From: an uncultured Actinomycetota bacterium
GTDB lineage: Bacteria > Actinomycetota > Actinomycetes > JAHEKZ01
Assembly: GCA_963848085.1 (NCBI GenBank)
Contig: CAWKCE010000005.1
Location: forward strand, 146,282 to 210,281
Length of the DNA: 64,000 nucleotides
Direction: 5' to 3'
Shown here: positions 22,416-35,616 of the stretch, in pieces
Layout of the letters: the number at the start of each line of letters is the position of its first letter
How positions within the stretch are numbered: the first letter of the stretch is position 1
Notes under the pieces: generated by a model
Databases searched by the model: none
Told to the model about the DNA's origin: nothing
The model's input: the letters and a program-made list of their open reading frames with translations, nothing else
Translations under genes and position numbers: made by a program

Positions 22416-25400
22416 CTACTGGCGGTACCCGAAGTCGTAGTCCTCCAGCGGAACGGCTTGGCCGGTGGCGGTGCCACCGAACGAGTACTCGAAGTCGTCG
22501 TAGCCGACCATCGAGTACATCGCGGCCTTGGCCTCCTCGGTGGGCTCCACCCGGACGTTGCGGTACCGGGCCAGGCCCGTTCCCGCCGGGATCAGCTTGC
22601 CGATGATCACGTTCTCCTTCAGGCCGAGCAGCGGGTCCGACTTGGCGTGGATCGCCGCGTCGGTGAGCACCCGAGTCGTCTCCTGGAAGGACGCCGCCGA
22701 CAGCCAGGACTCGGTGGCCAGCGACGCCTTGGTGATACCCATGAGCTCGGGACGGCCGGACGCCGGCGCCCCACCCTCGGAGACGATGCGGCGGTTCTCC
22801 CCTTCGAAGCGCGCCCGCTCGACCAGCTCACCCGGGAGCATCTCGGCGTTCCCGGACTCGATGATCGTCACCCGCTTGAGCATCTGGCGGACGATGACCT
22901 CGATGTGCTTGTCGTGGATCGACACACCCTGGCTGCGGTACACCTCCTGGACCTGCGCGGTCAGGTACTCCTGAACCTTGCGCGGCCCCAGGATGCGCAG
23001 CACCTGCTTCGGGTCGACCGCGCCGACCACCAGCTGCTGCCCCACCTCGACCGCGTCGCCCTCGCCGACGAGCAGCCGCGACCGCTTCGAGATCTTGTAG
23101 GGCATCTCGTCGGAGCCGTCGTCCGGAACCACGACCAGCTTGCGCTCCTTGTCCGACTCCTCGACACGGATCCGGCCGTTCGCCTCGGCGATGGGGGCGT
23201 TGCCCTTGGGCGTGCGGGCCTCGAAGAGCTCGACCACACGCGGCAGGCCGTGCGTGATGTCCTCGCCGGCGACACCGCCGGTGTGGAACGTCCGCATGGT
23301 CAGCTGCGTCCCGGGCTCGCCGATGGATTGGGCGGCGATGATCCCGACCGCCTCGCCGACATCGACCAGCTTTCCGGTCGCCAGCGATCGGCCGTAGCAC
23401 ATCGCGCAGATGCCCTGCTTGCTCTCACACGTCAGGACGCTGCGCACCTTGATGTCCGAGATCCCCTTGGCCACCAGATCGTCGATGACCTCGTCGCCGA
23501 GCAACGTGCCGGCCGAAGCCAGCTCCTTGCTGCCCTTCTTGGCCGGCTCGGCCAAGGTGCGCGAGTAGATGCTGGTCTCGACGTTGTCGATCTTGCGCAG
23601 GCCACCGTCGGTGGTCGGCGTGGCGATGGGCAGCAGGAGGCCGCGATCGGTGCCGCAGTCCTCCTCACGGACGATGACGTCCTGGGAGACGTCGACCAGT
23701 CGTCGGGTGAGGTACCCCGAGTCAGCGGTCCGCAGCGCGGTGTCCGCCAAGCCCTTCCGGGCGCCGTGCGTGGAGATGAAGTACTCCAGCACCGACAGAC
23801 CCTCGCGGAAGTTCGACTTGATCGGGCGGGGGATGATCTCGCCCTTCGGGTTGGCCACCAGGCCGCGCATACCGGCAATCTGACGGACCTGCATCATGTT
23901 TCCGCGGGCGCCGGAGTGGACCATCATCCAGATCGGGTTCCCGATGGACTGGACGAAGTTGTCCTCCATCTCCTTGGCGATCTCGTTCGTCGCCTGCGTC
24001 CAGATCTCGATGAGCTCCTGTCGACGCTCGTCGTCGGTGATGAGGCCCTTTTCGTACTGGCTCTGGACCTTCTCCGCCTTGCCCTCGTAGGACTCCATGA
24101 TCGAGCCCTTCCGCGGCGGGGTGACCACGTCGGAGATCGAGATGGTGACCCCGGAGCGGGTCGCCCAGTGGAACCCGGTGTCCTTCAGCGCGTCCAGCGT
24201 CGCAGCGACCTCGACCTTGGGGTAGCGCTCGGCAAGCTCGTTCACGATGGCGGACAAGCGCCGCTTGTCGACGATGTCCTCGACGTACGGGTAGTCGACC
24301 GGAAGGGCCTGGTTGAACAGGGCCCGGCCGAGGGTGGTGTCGAGCAGGATGGGGTCGCCCTCGGTCCAGCCGTCGGGTGCCACCCACCCCAGCGGGGGCA
24401 CCGCGTCGCGAAGGCGCAGCTTGACCTTCGCCTGCAGGGTGACGTGGCCGCCGTCGAAGGCCATCACGCCTTCCTGGACCGATGAGAAGTGGCTCCCCTG
24501 ACCCTTCTCGTCGTCACGCTCGCCGGTCATGAAGAAGATTCCCAGCACCATGTCCTGGGTCGGCGAGGTGATCGGCCGGCCGTGGGCCGGCGACAGGATG
24601 TTGTTGCTGGACAGCATCAGGATTCGCGCCTCGGCCTGCGCCTCAGCGGACAGCGGCAGGTGGACCGCCATCTGGTCACCGTCGAAGTCGGCGTTGAAGG
24701 CGGTGCAGACCAGCGGGTGGATCTGGATGGCCTTGCCCTCGACCAGCTGCGGCTCGAACGCCTGGATGCCGAGACGGTGCAGCGTCGGGGCGCGGTTCAG
24801 CAGGACCGGGTGCTCGGTGATGACCTCTTCGAGCACGTCCCACACGACGGGACGCTGGCGCTCGACCATGCGCTTGGCAGACTTGATGTTCTGCGCGTGG
24901 TTGAGGTCGACCAGCCGCTTCATGACGAAGGGCTTGAACAGCTCCAGCGCCATCTGCTTGGGCAGGCCGCACTGGTGCAGCTTGAGCTGCGGTCCTACCA
25001 CGATGACCGAGCGCCCCGAGTAGTCGACCCGCTTGCCCAGCAGGTTCTGCCGGAACCGGCCCTGCTTGCCCTTGAGCATGTCCGACAGCGACTTCAGAGC
25101 TCGGTTGCCCGGCCCCGTCACCGGGCGACCACGTCGCCCGTTGTCGAACAGCGCGTCCACTGCCTCCTGGAGCATCCGCTTCTCGTTGTTCACGATGATC
25201 TCGGGCGCGCCGAGGTCCAGCAGCCGCTTCAGCCGGTTGTTCCGGTTGATGACGCGTCGGTACAGGTCGTTGAGGTCCGAGGTGGCGAAACGTCCGCCGT
25301 CGAGCTGAACCATCGGACGAAGGTCCGGCGGGATCACCGGGACGGCGTCCAGGACCATGCCCATGGGGCTGTTCCGGGTGTTGAGGAACGCCGAGACGAC

Positions 25401-26291
25401 CTTGAGCCGCTTCAGCGCACGAGTCTTCTTCTGGCCCTTGCCGGTGGCGATGATCTCGCGGAGCCGCTCGGCCTCGCCCTCGAGACCGAAGCTCTCCAGG
25501 CGGTCCTTGATCGCCTTGGCCCCCATGCCGCCCTTGAAGTACATGCCGAACCGGTCCCGCATCTCGCGGTACAGCAGCTCGTCACCTTCGAGGTCTTGGA
25601 CCTTCAGCCCCTTGAAGCGGTCCCAGACCGAGTTGAGCCGGTCGATCTGGAGGTCGGCCCGCTTGCGGATCTGCGTCATCTCGCGCTCCGCAGACTCGCG
25701 CACCTTCCGGCGTGCGTCGGCCTTCGCGCCCTCGGCCTCGAGGGCAGCCAGGTCGGCCTCCAGCTTCTGCTGGCGCGCCTCGACGTCGGAGTCGCGCTTC
25801 TTCTCCATCTTCTGCCGCTCGAGACCGATCTTGTTCTCCAGCGACGGCAGGTCGCGGTGACGCCCGTCCTCGTCCACCCAGGTGATCATGTAGGCGGCGA
25901 AGTAGATGACCTTCTCGAGGTCCTTCGGGGCCAGGTCCAGCAGGTACCCGAGCCGGCTCGGCACGCCCTTGAAGTACCAGATGTGGGTGACCGGCGCGGC
26001 CAGCTCGATGTGGCCCATCCGCTCGCGGCGCACCTTGGCGCGCGTGACCTCGACCCCGCAGCGCTCGCAGATGATGCCCTTGAAGCGGACCCGCTTGTAC
26101 TTGCCGCAGTAGCACTCCCAGTCGCGAGTCGGGCCGAAGATCTTCTCGCAGAAGAGGCCGTCCTTCTCGGGCTTCAGGGTGCGGTAGTTGATGGTCTCCG
26201 GCTTCTTGACCTCGCCGTGGGACCACTGACGGATGTCGTCAGCAGTAGCGAGGCCGATGCGCAGCTCGTCGAAGTAGTTGACGTCAAGCAC
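22416..26291 (-). CDS. rpoC: DNA-directed RNA polymerase beta' subunit (GTG start)
   Basis: [12 protein letters not shown] catalytic motif; 1291 aa. Confidence 0.97.
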   Translation of the reverse strand: MLDVNYFDELRIGLATADDIRQWSHGEVKKPETINYRTLKPEKDGLFCEKIFGPTRDWECYCGKYKRVRFKGIICERCGVEVTRAKVRRERMGHIELAAPVTHIWYFKGVPSRLGYLLDLAPKDLEKVIYFAAYMITWVDEDGRHRDLPSLENKIGLERQKMEKKRDSDVEARQQKLEADLAALEAEGAKADARRKVRESAEREMTQIRKRADLQIDRLNSVWDRFKGLKVQDLEGDELLYREMRDRFGMYFKGGMGAKAIKDRLESFGLEGEAERLREIIATGKGQKKTRALKRLKVVSAFLNTRNSPMGMVLDAVPVIPPDLRPMVQLDGGRFATSDLNDLYRRVINRNNRLKRLLDLGAPEIIVNNEKRMLQEAVDALFDNGRRGRPVTGPGNRALKSLSDMLKGKQGRFRQNLLGKRVDYSGRSVIVVGPQLKLHQCGLPKQMALELFKPFVMKRLVDLNHAQNIKSAKRMVERQRPVVWDVLEEVITEHPVLLNRAPTLHRLGIQAFEPQLVEGKAIQIHPLVCTAFNADFDGDQMAVHLPLSAEAQAEARILMLSSNNILSPAHGRPITSPTQDMVLGIFFMTGERDDEKGQGSHFSSVQEGVMAFDGGHVTLQAKVKLRLRDAVPPLGWVAPDGWTEGDPILLDTTLGRALFNQALPVDYPYVEDIVDKRRLSAIVNELAERYPKVEVAATLDALKDTGFHWATRSGVTISISDVVTPPRKGSIMESYEGKAEKVQSQYEKGLITDDERRQELIEIWTQATNEIAKEMEDNFVQSIGNPIWMMVHSGARGNMMQVRQIAGMRGLVANPKGEIIPRPIKSNFREGLSVLEYFISTHGARKGLADTALRTADSGYLTRRLVDVSQDVIVREEDCGTDRGLLLPIATPTTDGGLRKIDNVETSIYSRTLAEPAKKGSKELASAGTLLGDEVIDDLVAKGISDIKVRSVLTCESKQGICAMCYGRSLATGKLVDVGEAVGIIAAQSIGEPGTQLTMRTFHTGGVAGEDITHGLPRVVELFEARTPKGNAPIAEANGRIRVEESDKERKLVVVPDDGSDEMPYKISKRSRLLVGEGDAVEVGQQLVVGAVDPKQVLRILGPRKVQEYLTAQVQEVYRSQGVSIHDKHIEVIVRQMLKRVTIIESGNAEMLPGELVERARFEGENRRIVSEGGAPASGRPELMGITKASLATESWLSAASFQETTRVLTDAAIHAKSDPLLGLKENVIIGKLIPAGTGLARYRNVRVEPTEEAKAAMYSMVGYDDFEYSFGGTATGQAVPLEDYDFGYRQ

Positions 26292-26355
26292 TGGGTGTCA
26301 GTCCTTTGGGTAGTTGGACGTCGTGTGGTCTGTCGTGGCCTTGGCGGGGATGCCG

Positions 26356-29300
26356 TCAGACCTCTTCGACACTGCTCGGCTCACGCCGGGACAGGTCGAT
26401 TCCGAGTTCCTCCGCAGCACGGAAGACTTCGTCGTCGGTGTCTCGCATCTCGATGGACATGCCGTCGCTGGACAGCACCTCCACGTTGAGGCACAGCGAC
26501 TGCATCTCCTTGATCAGCACCTTGAACGACTCCGGGATGCCGGGCTCGGGGATGTTCTCGCCCTTGACGATGGCCTCGTACACCTTCACGCGGCCAAGGA
26601 CGTCGTCGGACTTGATAGTGAGCAGCTCCTGCAGCGCGTACGCAGCGCCGTAGGCCTCCAGCGCCCAGACCTCCATCTCGCCGAACCGCTGACCGCCGAA
26701 CTGCGCCTTACCGCCCAGCGGCTGCTGGGTGATCATCGAGTACGGACCGGTGGACCTGGCGTGGATCTTGTCGTCCACCAGGTGCAGCAGCTTCAGGATG
26801 TAGATGTAGCCCACCGAGATCTCGGCCGGGAACGGCTCCCCGGAGCGGCCGTCGAACATCCGTGCCTTGCCGGAGTCCCCGATGAGGTTCGTGCCGTCGC
26901 GGTTCGGCTTGGTCGATCCGAGGAGCCCGGTGATCTCGTGCTCACGGGCACCGTCGAACACCGGTGTCGCCACCGGGGTTCCCGGGGCGCCGTCCTGGGC
27001 CTCCTTGGACAGTCCGGCCGCCCACTCCGGCGACCCCTTGATCGTCCACCCGGACTTGGCCACCCAGCCAAGGTGCGTCTCGAGCACCTGGCCGACGTTC
27101 ATCCGGCCCGGGACGCCGAGGGGGTTGAGGACGATGTCCACCGGAGTGCCGTCCTCGAGGAACGGCATGTCCTCCTCGGGGAGGATCTTGGCGATCACGC
27201 CCTTGTTGCCGTGGCGACCGGCGAGCTTGTCGCCCTCGGTGATCTTGCGCTTCTGAGCGACGTAGACCCGAACCAGCTCATTGACACCCGGCGGCAGCTC
27301 GTCGCCGTTGTCGCGCTCGAACACGCGAACGCCGATGATCACGCCGGACTCCCCGTGGGGAACCTTCAGCGAGGTGTCGCGCACCTCGCGGGCCTTCTCG
27401 CCGAAGATGGCGCGCAGCAGGCGCTCCTCGGGCGTGAGCTCGGTCTCGCCCTTCGGCGTGACCTTGCCGACCAGGATGTCGCCGGGGCGGACCTCAGCGC
27501 CGATCCGGATGATCCCGCGCTCGTCGAGGTCCGCCAGGACCTCCTCGGAGACGTTCGGGATATCCCGCGTGATCTCCTCCGGCCCGAGCTTGGTGTCGCG
27601 GGCGTCGACCTCGTGCTCCTCGATGTGGATCGAGGACAGGACGTCGTCCTTGACCAGCCGCTCGGACAGGATGATCGCGTCCTCGTAGTTGTGGCCCTCC
27701 CATGACATGAACGCCACCAGCAGGTTCTTGCCAAGAGCGATCTCACCGCTCTCGGTGCTGGGGCCGTCAGCGATGACCTGACCGTCGACGACGCGGGCAC
27801 CCTCGACCACGATCGGCTTCTGGTTGTAGGACGTGCCCTGGTTCGACCGGGTGAACTTGGCGACCCGGTACGTGCGGTGGGCACCGTCGTCCTGCTCGAT
27901 CGTGATGTGGTCAGCGGCGACCTCGCTGACAACTCCGGCGCCGTCGGCCCGGATCACGTCTCCGGCGTCGAACGCGGCCCGGTACTCCATGCCGGTCCCG
28001 ACCAGCGGGGCCTCCGGCCGGAGCAGGGGCACGGCCTGCCGCTGCATGTTGGACCCCATCAGCGCGCGGTTGGCGTCATCGTGCTCGAGGAACGGGATCA
28101 ACGCCGTCGCCACGGACCAGATCTGCCGCGGCGAGACGTCCATGTAGTCGACCTCGTCGGGGTGGACGTAGTCGACGTCGCCGCCCTTGGTCCGGACGAG
28201 GACACGGTCCTCGGAGAACCGGCCACCGGCCTCCAGGGGAGCGTTGGCCTGCGCGATGACGTGCAAGTCCTCCTCGTCGGCGGTGAGGTAGTCGATCTTG
28301 TCGGTGACCTTGCCCTTGACCACCTTGCGGTACGGCGTCTCGATGAAGCCGAACGCGTTGACGCGGCCGTAGGTGGACAGCGACCCGATCAGTCCGATGT
28401 TCGGACCTTCTGGGGTCTCGATCGGGCACATGCGGCCGTAGTGGGACGGGTGCACGTCGCGCACCTCGAAGCCAGCCCGCTCACGCGACAGGCCGCCCGG
28501 GCCGAGCGCCGACAGTCGACGCTTGTGAGTCAACCCCGCCAGCGGGTTCGTCTGGTCCATGAACTGCGACAGCTGGCTGGTGCCGAAGAACTCCTTGATC
28601 GACGCCACGACCGGCCGGATGTTGATCAGCGTCTGCGGCGTGATCGCCTCGACGTCCTGGGTCGTCATCCGCTCCCGGACGACGCGCTCCATGCGGGCCA
28701 GGCCGGTGCGCACCTGGTTCTGGATGAGCTCGCCGACAGTCCTCAGCCGGCGGTTGCCGAAGTGGTCGATGTCGTCGACCTCGACGCGCACCGTTCCGGT
28801 CGTGGAAACGAAGTCGGTGTCGCCGGCGTGCAGCGCCACGATGTACTTGATGGTGGCCACGACGTCGTCGAGCGTGAGAACCGACTGCTCGAGCGGCAGG
28901 TCCAGTGCCAGCTTCTTGTCGACCTTGTACCGGCCCACCTTGGCGAGGTCGTAGCGCTTGGTGTTGAAGTACAGGTTGTCCAGCAGCGTCTGGGCCGCCT
29001 CACGGGTGGGGGGCTCGCCCGGGCGCAGCTTGCGGTAGATGTCGAGCAGCGCCTCGTCCTGCGTGGTGGTGTTGTCCTTCTCCAGCGTCTGGCGCATGGA
29101 CTCGTACTGGCCGAACTCCTCGAGGATCTTGGCGTCGTCCCAGCCCAGAGCCTTCAGCAGGACGGTGACGTTCTGCTTGCGCTTGCGGTCGACGCGGACG
29201 CTGACGATGTCCTTCTTGTCGATCTCGAACTCGAGCCAGGCCCCGCGTGACGGGATGACCTTGGCCGTGTAGATGTCCTTGTCCGAGGTCTTGTCGACGG

Positions 29301-29841
29301 TCCGCTCGAAGTACACGCCTGGGGACCGAACCAGCTGGGACACCACGACTCGCTCGGTGCCGTTGATGATGAAGGTGCCCTTGTTCGTCATCAACGGGAA
29401 GTCGCCCATGAAGACCGTCTGGGACTTGATCTCCCCGGTCTCGTTGTTCATGAACTCCGCGGTGACGAACAGCGGGGCCGCGTACGTGAAGTCGCGGTCC
29501 TTGCACTCCTCGACCGAGTTCTTCGCCGGCTCGAACCGATGGTCGCGGAAGCTGAGGGACATGGTCCCCTGGAAGTCCTCGATGGGGCTGATCTCCTCGA
29601 AGATCTCCTCCAGCCCGGACTTGTTCGGGACCGACAGCCCGCTGGCCTCGGCGTCCTCGACACGGGACCGCCAGCCGTCGTTCCCGAGCAGCCAGTCGAA
29701 GCTGTCGACCTGCAGGGCCAGGAGGTCCGGAACCGGCAGCGGCTCCCGGATCTTGGCAAAGCTCACCCTTGCTCGGATCGGATCCGGTGCTACGGGGGTG
29801 GTGCTCTTCGAGGACTTGGCGTCGTTACGCGAGGGGGCCAA
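26356..29841 (-). CDS. rpoB: DNA-directed RNA polymerase beta subunit; TTG start giving 1161 aa; ORF-track 1230-aa version is over-extended
   Basis: N-terminus (L)[53 protein letters not shown] is Streptomyces-like; GGAAGGA SD 6 nt upstream. Confidence 0.93.
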   Translation of the reverse strand: MAPSRNDAKSSKSTTPVAPDPIRARVSFAKIREPLPVPDLLALQVDSFDWLLGNDGWRSRVEDAEASGLSVPNKSGLEEIFEEISPIEDFQGTMSLSFRDHRFEPAKNSVEECKDRDFTYAAPLFVTAEFMNNETGEIKSQTVFMGDFPLMTNKGTFIINGTERVVVSQLVRSPGVYFERTVDKTSDKDIYTAKVIPSRGAWLEFEIDKKDIVSVRVDRKRKQNVTVLLKALGWDDAKILEEFGQYESMRQTLEKDNTTTQDEALLDIYRKLRPGEPPTREAAQTLLDNLYFNTKRYDLAKVGRYKVDKKLALDLPLEQSVLTLDDVVATIKYIVALHAGDTDFVSTTGTVRVEVDDIDHFGNRRLRTVGELIQNQVRTGLARMERVVRERMTTQDVEAITPQTLINIRPVVASIKEFFGTSQLSQFMDQTNPLAGLTHKRRLSALGPGGLSRERAGFEVRDVHPSHYGRMCPIETPEGPNIGLIGSLSTYGRVNAFGFIETPYRKVVKGKVTDKIDYLTADEEDLHVIAQANAPLEAGGRFSEDRVLVRTKGGDVDYVHPDEVDYMDVSPRQIWSVATALIPFLEHDDANRALMGSNMQRQAVPLLRPEAPLVGTGMEYRAAFDAGDVIRADGAGVVSEVAADHITIEQDDGAHRTYRVAKFTRSNQGTSYNQKPIVVEGARVVDGQVIADGPSTESGEIALGKNLLVAFMSWEGHNYEDAIILSERLVKDDVLSSIHIEEHEVDARDTKLGPEEITRDIPNVSEEVLADLDERGIIRIGAEVRPGDILVGKVTPKGETELTPEERLLRAIFGEKAREVRDTSLKVPHGESGVIIGVRVFERDNGDELPPGVNELVRVYVAQKRKITEGDKLAGRHGNKGVIAKILPEEDMPFLEDGTPVDIVLNPLGVPGRMNVGQVLETHLGWVAKSGWTIKGSPEWAAGLSKEAQDGAPGTPVATPVFDGAREHEITGLLGSTKPNRDGTNLIGDSGKARMFDGRSGEPFPAEISVGYIYILKLLHLVDDKIHARSTGPYSMITQQPLGGKAQFGGQRFGEMEVWALEAYGAAYALQELLTIKSDDVLGRVKVYEAIVKGENIPEPGIPESFKVLIKEMQSLCLNVEVLSSDGMSIEMRDTDDEVFRAAEELGIDLSRREPSSVEEV

Positions 29842-30143
29842 GAGGCGTCCTTCCGGGCTCGAATACCGCGCGCAGCCAGATGACCCACGCTGAGCGACCA
29901 CGCAGGCGCGGGGGGCGGGGGGCAGGGGCGGCGCAAAGCGACAGCATAGCGACACAGCGCCGCAAGAGTCCAGCCGGCACCCGCGTCGCACGCAGGGCCG
30001 CCCGAACCCGGACCCGGGAAGGATGACCGCTGTGAGCGGGCAGGTCAAGGACCTGGCCGCATTCTGTGACCCAATCGGGTCTCGCCTCAGGCGCCTGGGG
30101 CGCCCCGAGCCAGCGCTCGGGCAGGCCGCCGGGACCAGCCGCG

Positions 30144-30177
30144 CGACGGCGGCCGCCCCGTAGGGGTCGGCCGCCGT
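30144..30177 (-). terminator. rplL-rpoB intergenic hairpin (GACGGCGGCCG...CGGCCGCCGTC), probable attenuator/terminator
   Basis: 11-15 bp stem ~20 nt downstream of rplL stop, in the 354-bp rplL-rpoB spacer. Confidence 0.5.
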
Positions 30178-30195
30178 CGACGTGCTCGAGCGCTG

Positions 30196-30573
30196 CTACT
30201 TCAGGGTGACCGTGGCGCCGGCGGCCTCGAGAGCTGCCTTCGCCTTCTCGGCGGCGTCCTTGTCGACCTTCTCCAGCACCGCCTTGGGGGTGCCCTCCAC
30301 CAGGTCCTTGGCCTCCTTCAGGCCGAGGCTGGTGAGCGAGCGCACCTCCTTGATGACCTGGATCTTCTTGTCGCCGGCGGCCTCGAGGACGACGTCGAAC
30401 TCGTCCTGCTCGGCGGCGGCCTCCGCCGCAGGCGCAGCCGCTGCGGCTACTGCGACAGGTGCGGCCGCAGTGACATCGAACGTGTCCTCGAACTGCTTCA
30501 CGAACTCGGAGAGCTCGATCAGCGTCATTTCCTTGAACGCGTCCAGCAGCTCGTCGGTGCTCAGCTTCGCCAT
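30196..30573 (-). CDS. rplL: 50S ribosomal protein L7/L12
   Basis: [32 protein letters not shown]... Confidence 0.96.
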   Translation of the reverse strand: MAKLSTDELLDAFKEMTLIELSEFVKQFEDTFDVTAAAPVAVAAAAAPAAEAAAEQDEFDVVLEAAGDKKIQVIKEVRSLTSLGLKEAKDLVEGTPKAVLEKVDKDAAEKAKAALEAAGATVTLK

Positions 30574-30633
30574 GGGTCGGCGTCCTTCCTGGTGGGCGGC
30601 CCCGGAGGGCCAGTGGGTTGGTCTCCGGGCCGG

Positions 30634-31392
30634 TCAGCCCTCGGGGGTCTCCTCGGCGGCCTCGGCGGGGGTCTCCACCGCGGCCTCGTGGGTCACATCT
30701 GCCTCAGCGACCGGCTCGGCCGGCGCCTCGTTGGGGGTGTCGTCGCTCTGCTCGGCCGGCGCCTGGTCGACGTCGGCGGCGGCCTCCGCGGGGGTCTCCG
30801 GCGTCGCCTCATCGGTCACGACTGCCTCGGCGGCCGGCTCGGCCGGCACCCCGGCACCGCCGGCGAGGATCGTCGGGTCCTCCTGGGCCTTGGCCTGCAG
30901 CGCACCCAGAACCCGAGCGGTCTGGGCGAGTGGCGCGCTGAACAGCGAGGCGGCGTTGGACAGCGACGCCTTCATCGCTCCGGCGAGCTTGGCGAGCAGG
31001 ACCTCACGCGACTCCAGGTCCGCCATCTGCTTGATCTGCTCGGGGGTGACCGCCTCGCCGTCGAGGACGCCGCCCTTGATCACCAACATCGGGTGGTCCT
31101 TGGCGAAGTCCCGCAGACCCTTGGCCGTCTCCACCGGGTCGCCGGTGATGAACGCAATCGCCGACGGTCCCGCGAGGAGCTCGTCCAGGCTGCCGTAGCC
31201 CGCTTCGGCGGCGGCCCGCTTGGTGAGGGTGTTCTTCACCACCGAGTAGGACGCGTTCCCGCTCAACGCGCGCCGCAGCTCGGTGATCTGCTTCACGGTG
31301 AGCCCGCGGTACTCGGTGAGGACGGCGCCGCTCGAGCTGCGGAACCGCTCCGCGATCTCCGCGACGGCAGCCACTCTGGTCTCCCGCGCCAT
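30634..31392 (-). CDS. rplJ: 50S ribosomal protein L10 with ~70-aa acidic Ala/Glu/Pro/Thr C-terminal extension
   Basis: [35 protein letters not shown]...; tail has an internal DNA duplication. Confidence 0.9.
   Translation of the reverse strand: MARETRVAAVAEIAERFRSSSGAVLTEYRGLTVKQITELRRALSGNASYSVVKNTLTKRAAAEAGYGSLDELLAGPSAIAFITGDPVETAKGLRDFAKDHPMLVIKGGVLDGEAVTPEQIKQMADLESREVLLAKLAGAMKASLSNAASLFSAPLAQTARVLGALQAKAQEDPTILAGGAGVPAEPAAEAVVTDEATPETPAEAAADVDQAPAEQSDDTPNEAPAEPVAEADVTHEAAVETPAEAAEETPEG
30640..30900 (-). repeat. internal imperfect tandem duplication (~70 nt units) encoding the L10 acidic tail
   Basis: gcctcggcgggggtctccaccgcggcctcgtgggtcac... / gcctccgcgggggtctccggcgtcgcctcatcggtcac... 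repeated. Confidence 0.6.
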
Positions 31393-31636
31393 CGTTCTCC
31401 TTCGTCCACAGGTACTGGTCAACCGACCCGGAGACGAAACACGCCCCGACGCAGGAGCGCGGGGCGGCTCGCGGCGTGACTTGCCGCGGACTGCTCACTC
31501 ACCTGCGCGGGTCGCCCACATCCGGGGCCTTCGGCTGCCCGGGTGGGCAGCGACCAGCGGTCTTCGGTCGTTGGCGAGGGTACGCGCCCACCACCGGACC
31601 GGTCAAAACGACCGACGTCAGCCGGAGACGACGAGG
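31393..31636 (-). promoter_or_regulatory. rplJ 5' leader (candidate L10(L12)4 autoregulatory leader)
   Basis: 244-nt non-coding spacer between rplA and rplJ; L10 leader is conserved at this position in bacteria (established knowledge; structure not verified here). Confidence 0.3.
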
Positions 31637-32350
31637 TCAGCCCTCGTCGTCGACGGACAGCTTGCGTGCCCGGTTCGGGTCCAGCGGGATTCCGGGACCC
31701 ATCGTCGTCGACATGACGATCCGCTTGATGTAGCGGCCCTTGGCCGACGACGGCTTCAACCGGAGGACCTCGTCGAGCACCGCGGCGTAGTTCTCCGCCA
31801 GCTGCACGTCGTCGAAGGACGTCTTGCCGATCACCAGGTGCAGGTTCGAGTGCCGGTCGACCCGGAACTCGATCTTGCCGCCCTTGATGTCCTCGACCGC
31901 CTTGGTGACGTCCATGGTCACGGTGCCGGTCTTGGGGTTGGGCATCAGGCCACGCGGGCCGAGCACCTTGCCCAGGCGACCGACCTTGCCCATGAGGTCC
32001 GGCGTGGCAACCGCGGAGTCGAAGTCGGTGAACCCGCCAGCGACCTTCTCGATCAGGTCGTCGGAGCCCACCAGGTCGGCCCCGGCGGCCCGCGCCTCGT
32101 CCGCCTTCTCGCCGGTGGCGAACACCAGCACCCGGGCGGTCTTTCCGGTGCCGTGGGGAAGATTCACCGTTCCGCGGACCATCTGGTCCGCCTTCCGGGG
32201 GTCGACACCGAGGCGCATCGAGACCTCGACGGTCGCCGGGACCTTCATCGGGGAGGTCTCCTTGGCCAGGCGCACTGCCTCCATGGGGGCGTACATGGTG
32301 TCCGGCGAGATCTTCTCGGCGCCGGCTCGGTAGCTCTTGCTGCGCTGCAT
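31637..32350 (-). CDS. rplA: 50S ribosomal protein L1
   Basis: ORF translation matches L1 ([29 protein letters not shown]..., [18 protein letters not shown]...). Confidence 0.95.
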   Translation of the reverse strand: MQRSKSYRAGAEKISPDTMYAPMEAVRLAKETSPMKVPATVEVSMRLGVDPRKADQMVRGTVNLPHGTGKTARVLVFATGEKADEARAAGADLVGSDDLIEKVAGGFTDFDSAVATPDLMGKVGRLGKVLGPRGLMPNPKTGTVTMDVTKAVEDIKGGKIEFRVDRHSNLHLVIGKTSFDDVQLAENYAAVLDEVLRLKPSSAKGRYIKRIVMSTTMGPGIPLDPNRARKLSVDDEG

Positions 32351-32456
32351 CTTCTGACTCCTTGGTCATCGTGCCTGCGGTCAGTCGTGGTGTGCGGGCC
32401 GCGCCGGCCCTCCCACGTGCGGCCGTCGGCCGCGGGGTGGTGCTTGGTCGTGCTGG

Positions 32457-32891
32457 TCAGTCGCGGACGGTGACGCCCATCGACCGAGCAGTACCGGCGA
32501 TGATCTTCTCCGCCGCGTCGAGGTCGTTGGCATTGAGGTCAGCCATCTTCTGCTCGGCGATCGAGCGCACCTGGTCCCGGCTGAGCGAGCCGACCTTGAC
32601 CTTGTGCGGCTCGCCCGAGCCCTTGTCCAGGCCCGCGGCCTTGAGGATCAGCTTCGCCGCCGGCGGCGTCTTGGTGATGAAGGTGAAGGAACGGTCCTCG
32701 TAGACCGTGATCTCCACCGGGATGACGTTGCCGCGCTGCGACTCGGTCGCAGCGTTGTACGCCTTGCAGAACTCCATGATGTTCACGCCGTGCTGGCCGA
32801 GGGCCGGTCCCACCGGCGGGGCTGGGTTGGCCGCGCCCGCCTGGATCTGGAGCTTGATCAGGCCGGCGACCTTCTTGGACTTGGGGGGCAT
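32457..32891 (-). CDS. rplK: 50S ribosomal protein L11
   Basis: [43 protein letters not shown]... Confidence 0.96.
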   Translation of the reverse strand: MPPKSKKVAGLIKLQIQAGAANPAPPVGPALGQHGVNIMEFCKAYNAATESQRGNVIPVEITVYEDRSFTFITKTPPAAKLILKAAGLDKGSGEPHKVKVGSLSRDQVRSIAEQKMADLNANDLDAAEKIIAGTARSMGVTVRD

Positions 32892-32943
32892 TTCGGTTCG
32901 GGTCCTTCGTTGGTAGGGCGGCGTCGACCTGGCCGGCGACGCG

Positions 32944-33789
32944 TCAGAGCTTCTGGACTTGGTCGAACGAGAGCTCGACCGGGGTCTCCCGGCCGAAGAT
33001 GGAGACCAGGACCTTCAGCTTCTGCTGGTCGGCGTTGATCTCGTTGATGCTTGCGGGCAGCGTGGCGAAGGCGCCGTCGATGACGGTGACCGACTCCCCC
33101 ACCTCGAAGTCCACGATCTGGACCTCGCCGGGTGCGGTGACCCCCGGGGTCTTGGCCCGCTCCGGCTCGGTGAACAAGATGGTGAGCACCTCGTCGGTGG
33201 TCAGCGGGGTCGGCTGGTGGGCGTGACCCACGAAACCGGTCACACCGGGGGTGTGCCGGACCGCGGACCAGGACTCGTCGGTGAGGTCCATGCGGACCAG
33301 GACGTATCCGGGGAACTTGTTGCGCTTGATGTGCTTGCGCTGCCCGGACTTGATCTCGACGACCTCCTCCTGGGGCACCTGGACATCGTGGATCCAGTCC
33401 TCCAGGTTCAGCGACGACCGCCGGGTCTCCAGGTTGTGCTTCACCCGGTTCTCATATCCGGCGTAGGAGTGCACGACGTACCAGTCGCCCGGCAGCGTCA
33501 GCAGATGGTCGCGGAACTCGCCGCGCGGGTCCTCTTCGTCCTCGTCGTCCTCGTCGGACTCGGTGGTGTCGGCCTCCGCGGCCGGTGCCTCGGGAGCCTC
33601 ACCCTCGGTGACGTCGCCGTCGTCGGCCACGGTGGCCCCACCCTCGGTCGCAGCGCCGTCGTCGGCCACGGTGGCGTCAGCGTCCGCGACGGCATCCGCG
33701 GCGCCGTCGTCAGCCACGACGACCTCGACGTCAGTCACGTCGACTGTGGTGGCCTCGGCTGCGGCGCTGCCGGGTTCGGTGTCGGACAC
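32944..33789 (-). CDS. nusG: transcription termination/antitermination factor NusG with acidic N-terminal extension (GTG start)
   Basis: NGN domain [15 protein letters not shown] and KOW domain; GGGAGA SD. Confidence 0.93.
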   Translation of the reverse strand: MSDTEPGSAAAEATTVDVTDVEVVVADDGAADAVADADATVADDGAATEGGATVADDGDVTEGEAPEAPAAEADTTESDEDDEDEEDPRGEFRDHLLTLPGDWYVVHSYAGYENRVKHNLETRRSSLNLEDWIHDVQVPQEEVVEIKSGQRKHIKRNKFPGYVLVRMDLTDESWSAVRHTPGVTGFVGHAHQPTPLTTDEVLTILFTEPERAKTPGVTAPGEVQIVDFEVGESVTVIDGAFATLPASINEINADQQKLKVLVSIFGRETPVELSFDQVQKL

Positions 33790-33825
33790 GGTGTTGATCT
33801 CCCAAGTGGACGGGGGGTCGGGCGG

Positions 33826-34080
33826 TCAGCCGCCGAAGACCCAGGACACGACGCGGGCGACGCCGAGGTCGAACAGCAGGACAGCACCAGCGAACAGCCC
33901 CACGAAGATGATGACCACCGTGGTGTAGGTGATCAGTTCGCTCCGGGTCGGCCAGACGACCTTGCGCAGCTCGGCCACGACCTGGCGGTAGAACAGCCCG
34001 ATCCTGGCGATCGGGCCCTTTCGACCCGAATCGGGACGGCCGTGCTCCGGCGTCGCGGTGGAGCCCCGCGGCTCGGTCAT
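33826..34080 (-). CDS. secE: preprotein translocase subunit SecE (true start internal to 193-aa ORF)
   Basis: MTEPRGS...[43 protein letters not shown]; 84 aa. Confidence 0.9.
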   Translation of the reverse strand: MTEPRGSTATPEHGRPDSGRKGPIARIGLFYRQVVAELRKVVWPTRSELITYTTVVIIFVGLFAGAVLLFDLGVARVVSWVFGG

Positions 34081-34154
34081 GGCCTCACCCGATCTGTGTC
34101 GTGGGCCTGGTGACCCGATCGTCGACTTCACCCGGCCGGGCGTCGTCGCGGACG

Positions 34155-34227
34155 CAGGGCAGGAGGGACTCGAACCCCCAACCACCGGTTTTGGAGACCG
34201 GGACTCTGCCAGTTGAGCTACTGCCCT
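34155..34227 (-). tRNA. tRNA-Trp (anticodon CCA)
   Basis: AGGGCAGTAGCTCAACTGGCAGAGTCCCGGTCTCCAAAACCGGTGGTTGGGGGTTCGAGTCCCTCCTGCCCTG cloverleaf; canonical position upstream of secE. Confidence 0.9.
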
Positions 34228-34391
34228 GTGGCTGCCCCGAGTCCCGACCCCGCGGGCCCGGGGCGGGCATGCCGAGTCGGGTGGTTCGAAGCCACCGTCG
34301 TCGGAGTGTACGGGGTGGGTCCGCCGGGCGTCGAACCGTGGCCGGCCCCGACCGGAAACCCGGGCGCGACGCCGCCGCCCGGTTTGGCAGG

Positions 34392-35609
34392 ATGCCAGAC
34401 ATGTCATCGCCCCCCAGCCTGTCCGCCCGCGTCGCCGGGATCGCCGAGTCCGCCACCCTGGCGGTCGACGCCAAGGCCAAGGCGCTGCAGGCCGCCGGGC
34501 GCCCGGTCATCGGCTTCGGCGCCGGCGAGCCCGACTTCCCGACCCCGGGGTACATCGTGGAGGCCGCCGCGGCCGCTGCCCACGACCCCCGCTGGCACCG
34601 CTACACACCCGCCGCGGGGATCCCGGCGCTTCGGGAGGCGATTGCGGCCAAGACGCTGCGCGACTCCGGGCTGGCCGTCGGCGCCGACCAGGTCCTGGTC
34701 ACCAACGGCGGCAAACACGCCATCTTCAACGCCGTCGCCGCACTGGTGGACCCCGGCGACGAGGTCATCATCCAGGCGCCGTACTGGGTCACCTACCCGG
34801 AGGTGGTCCGGATCTTCGGCGGGGTGCCGGTGCCCGTGGTCACCGACGAGTCCAGTGGGTACCTCGCGACCGTCGAGCAGCTCGAGGCCGCCCGGACACC
34901 GCGCACCACGATGCTGATCTTCGTCTCACCGTCGAACCCGACGGGGGCCGTCTACCCGCCGGACCAGGTCGCCGCCATCGGGCGCTGGGCCGCGGAGCAC
35001 GGGCTGTGGGTTCTCACCGACGAGATCTACGAGCACCTCGTCTACGGGGAAGCTCAGTTCTCGTCACTCCCGGTTCTGGTGCCGGAGGCCGCCGAGCGGT
35101 GCATCGTGGTGAACGGCGTGGCCAAGACGTTCGCCATGACCGGCTGGCGGGTCGGTTGGATGATCGGCCCCAAGGCCGTGGTCAAGGGTGCCGCCAACCT
35201 GCAGTCCCACGCCACGTCGAACGTGAGCAACGTCTCCCAGGTGGCAGCGCTGACCGCGGTGACCGGCTCGTTGGACGCGGTGGCTGACATGCGGGTGGCG
35301 TTCGACCGGCGCCGACGGGCCATCGTGGCCATGCTGAACGCCATCGACGGTGTGACGTGCCCGGAGCCACAAGGGGCCTTCTACGCCTACCCGTCGGTGA
35401 AGGGGGTCCTCGGGCGCACCATCCGGGGCCGCACGCCTACGTCGTCGGCCGAGCTCGCCGACCTCGTGCTGGACGAGGCCGAGGTGGCAGTGGTCCCCGG
35501 TGAGGCCTTCGGCACGCCCGGCTACCTGCGGATGTCGTACGCGCTGGGCGACGACGACATCGCCGAGGGCGTCGGCCGCCTCGCGGCGCTCCTCGCCGAG
35601 TCCACCTGA
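34392..35609 (+). CDS. pyridoxal-phosphate-dependent aminotransferase, class I (aspartate aminotransferase-like); alternative ATG at 34401
   Basis: [35 protein letters not shown] motifs. Confidence 0.9.
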   Translation: MPDMSSPPSLSARVAGIAESATLAVDAKAKALQAAGRPVIGFGAGEPDFPTPGYIVEAAAAAAHDPRWHRYTPAAGIPALREAIAAKTLRDSGLAVGADQVLVTNGGKHAIFNAVAALVDPGDEVIIQAPYWVTYPEVVRIFGGVPVPVVTDESSGYLATVEQLEAARTPRTTMLIFVSPSNPTGAVYPPDQVAAIGRWAAEHGLWVLTDEIYEHLVYGEAQFSSLPVLVPEAAERCIVVNGVAKTFAMTGWRVGWMIGPKAVVKGAANLQSHATSNVSNVSQVAALTAVTGSLDAVADMRVAFDRRRRAIVAMLNAIDGVTCPEPQGAFYAYPSVKGVLGRTIRGRTPTSSAELADLVLDEAEVAVVPGEAFGTPGYLRMSYALGDDDIAEGVGRLAALLAEST

Positions 35610-35616
35610 CCCCTAC

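Noticed and set aside
31419-32369. 316-aa minus ORF and 396-aa plus ORF across rplA/L10-leader
   Set aside because: Out-of-frame GC artefacts overlapping rplA, which has an unambiguous L1 translation.
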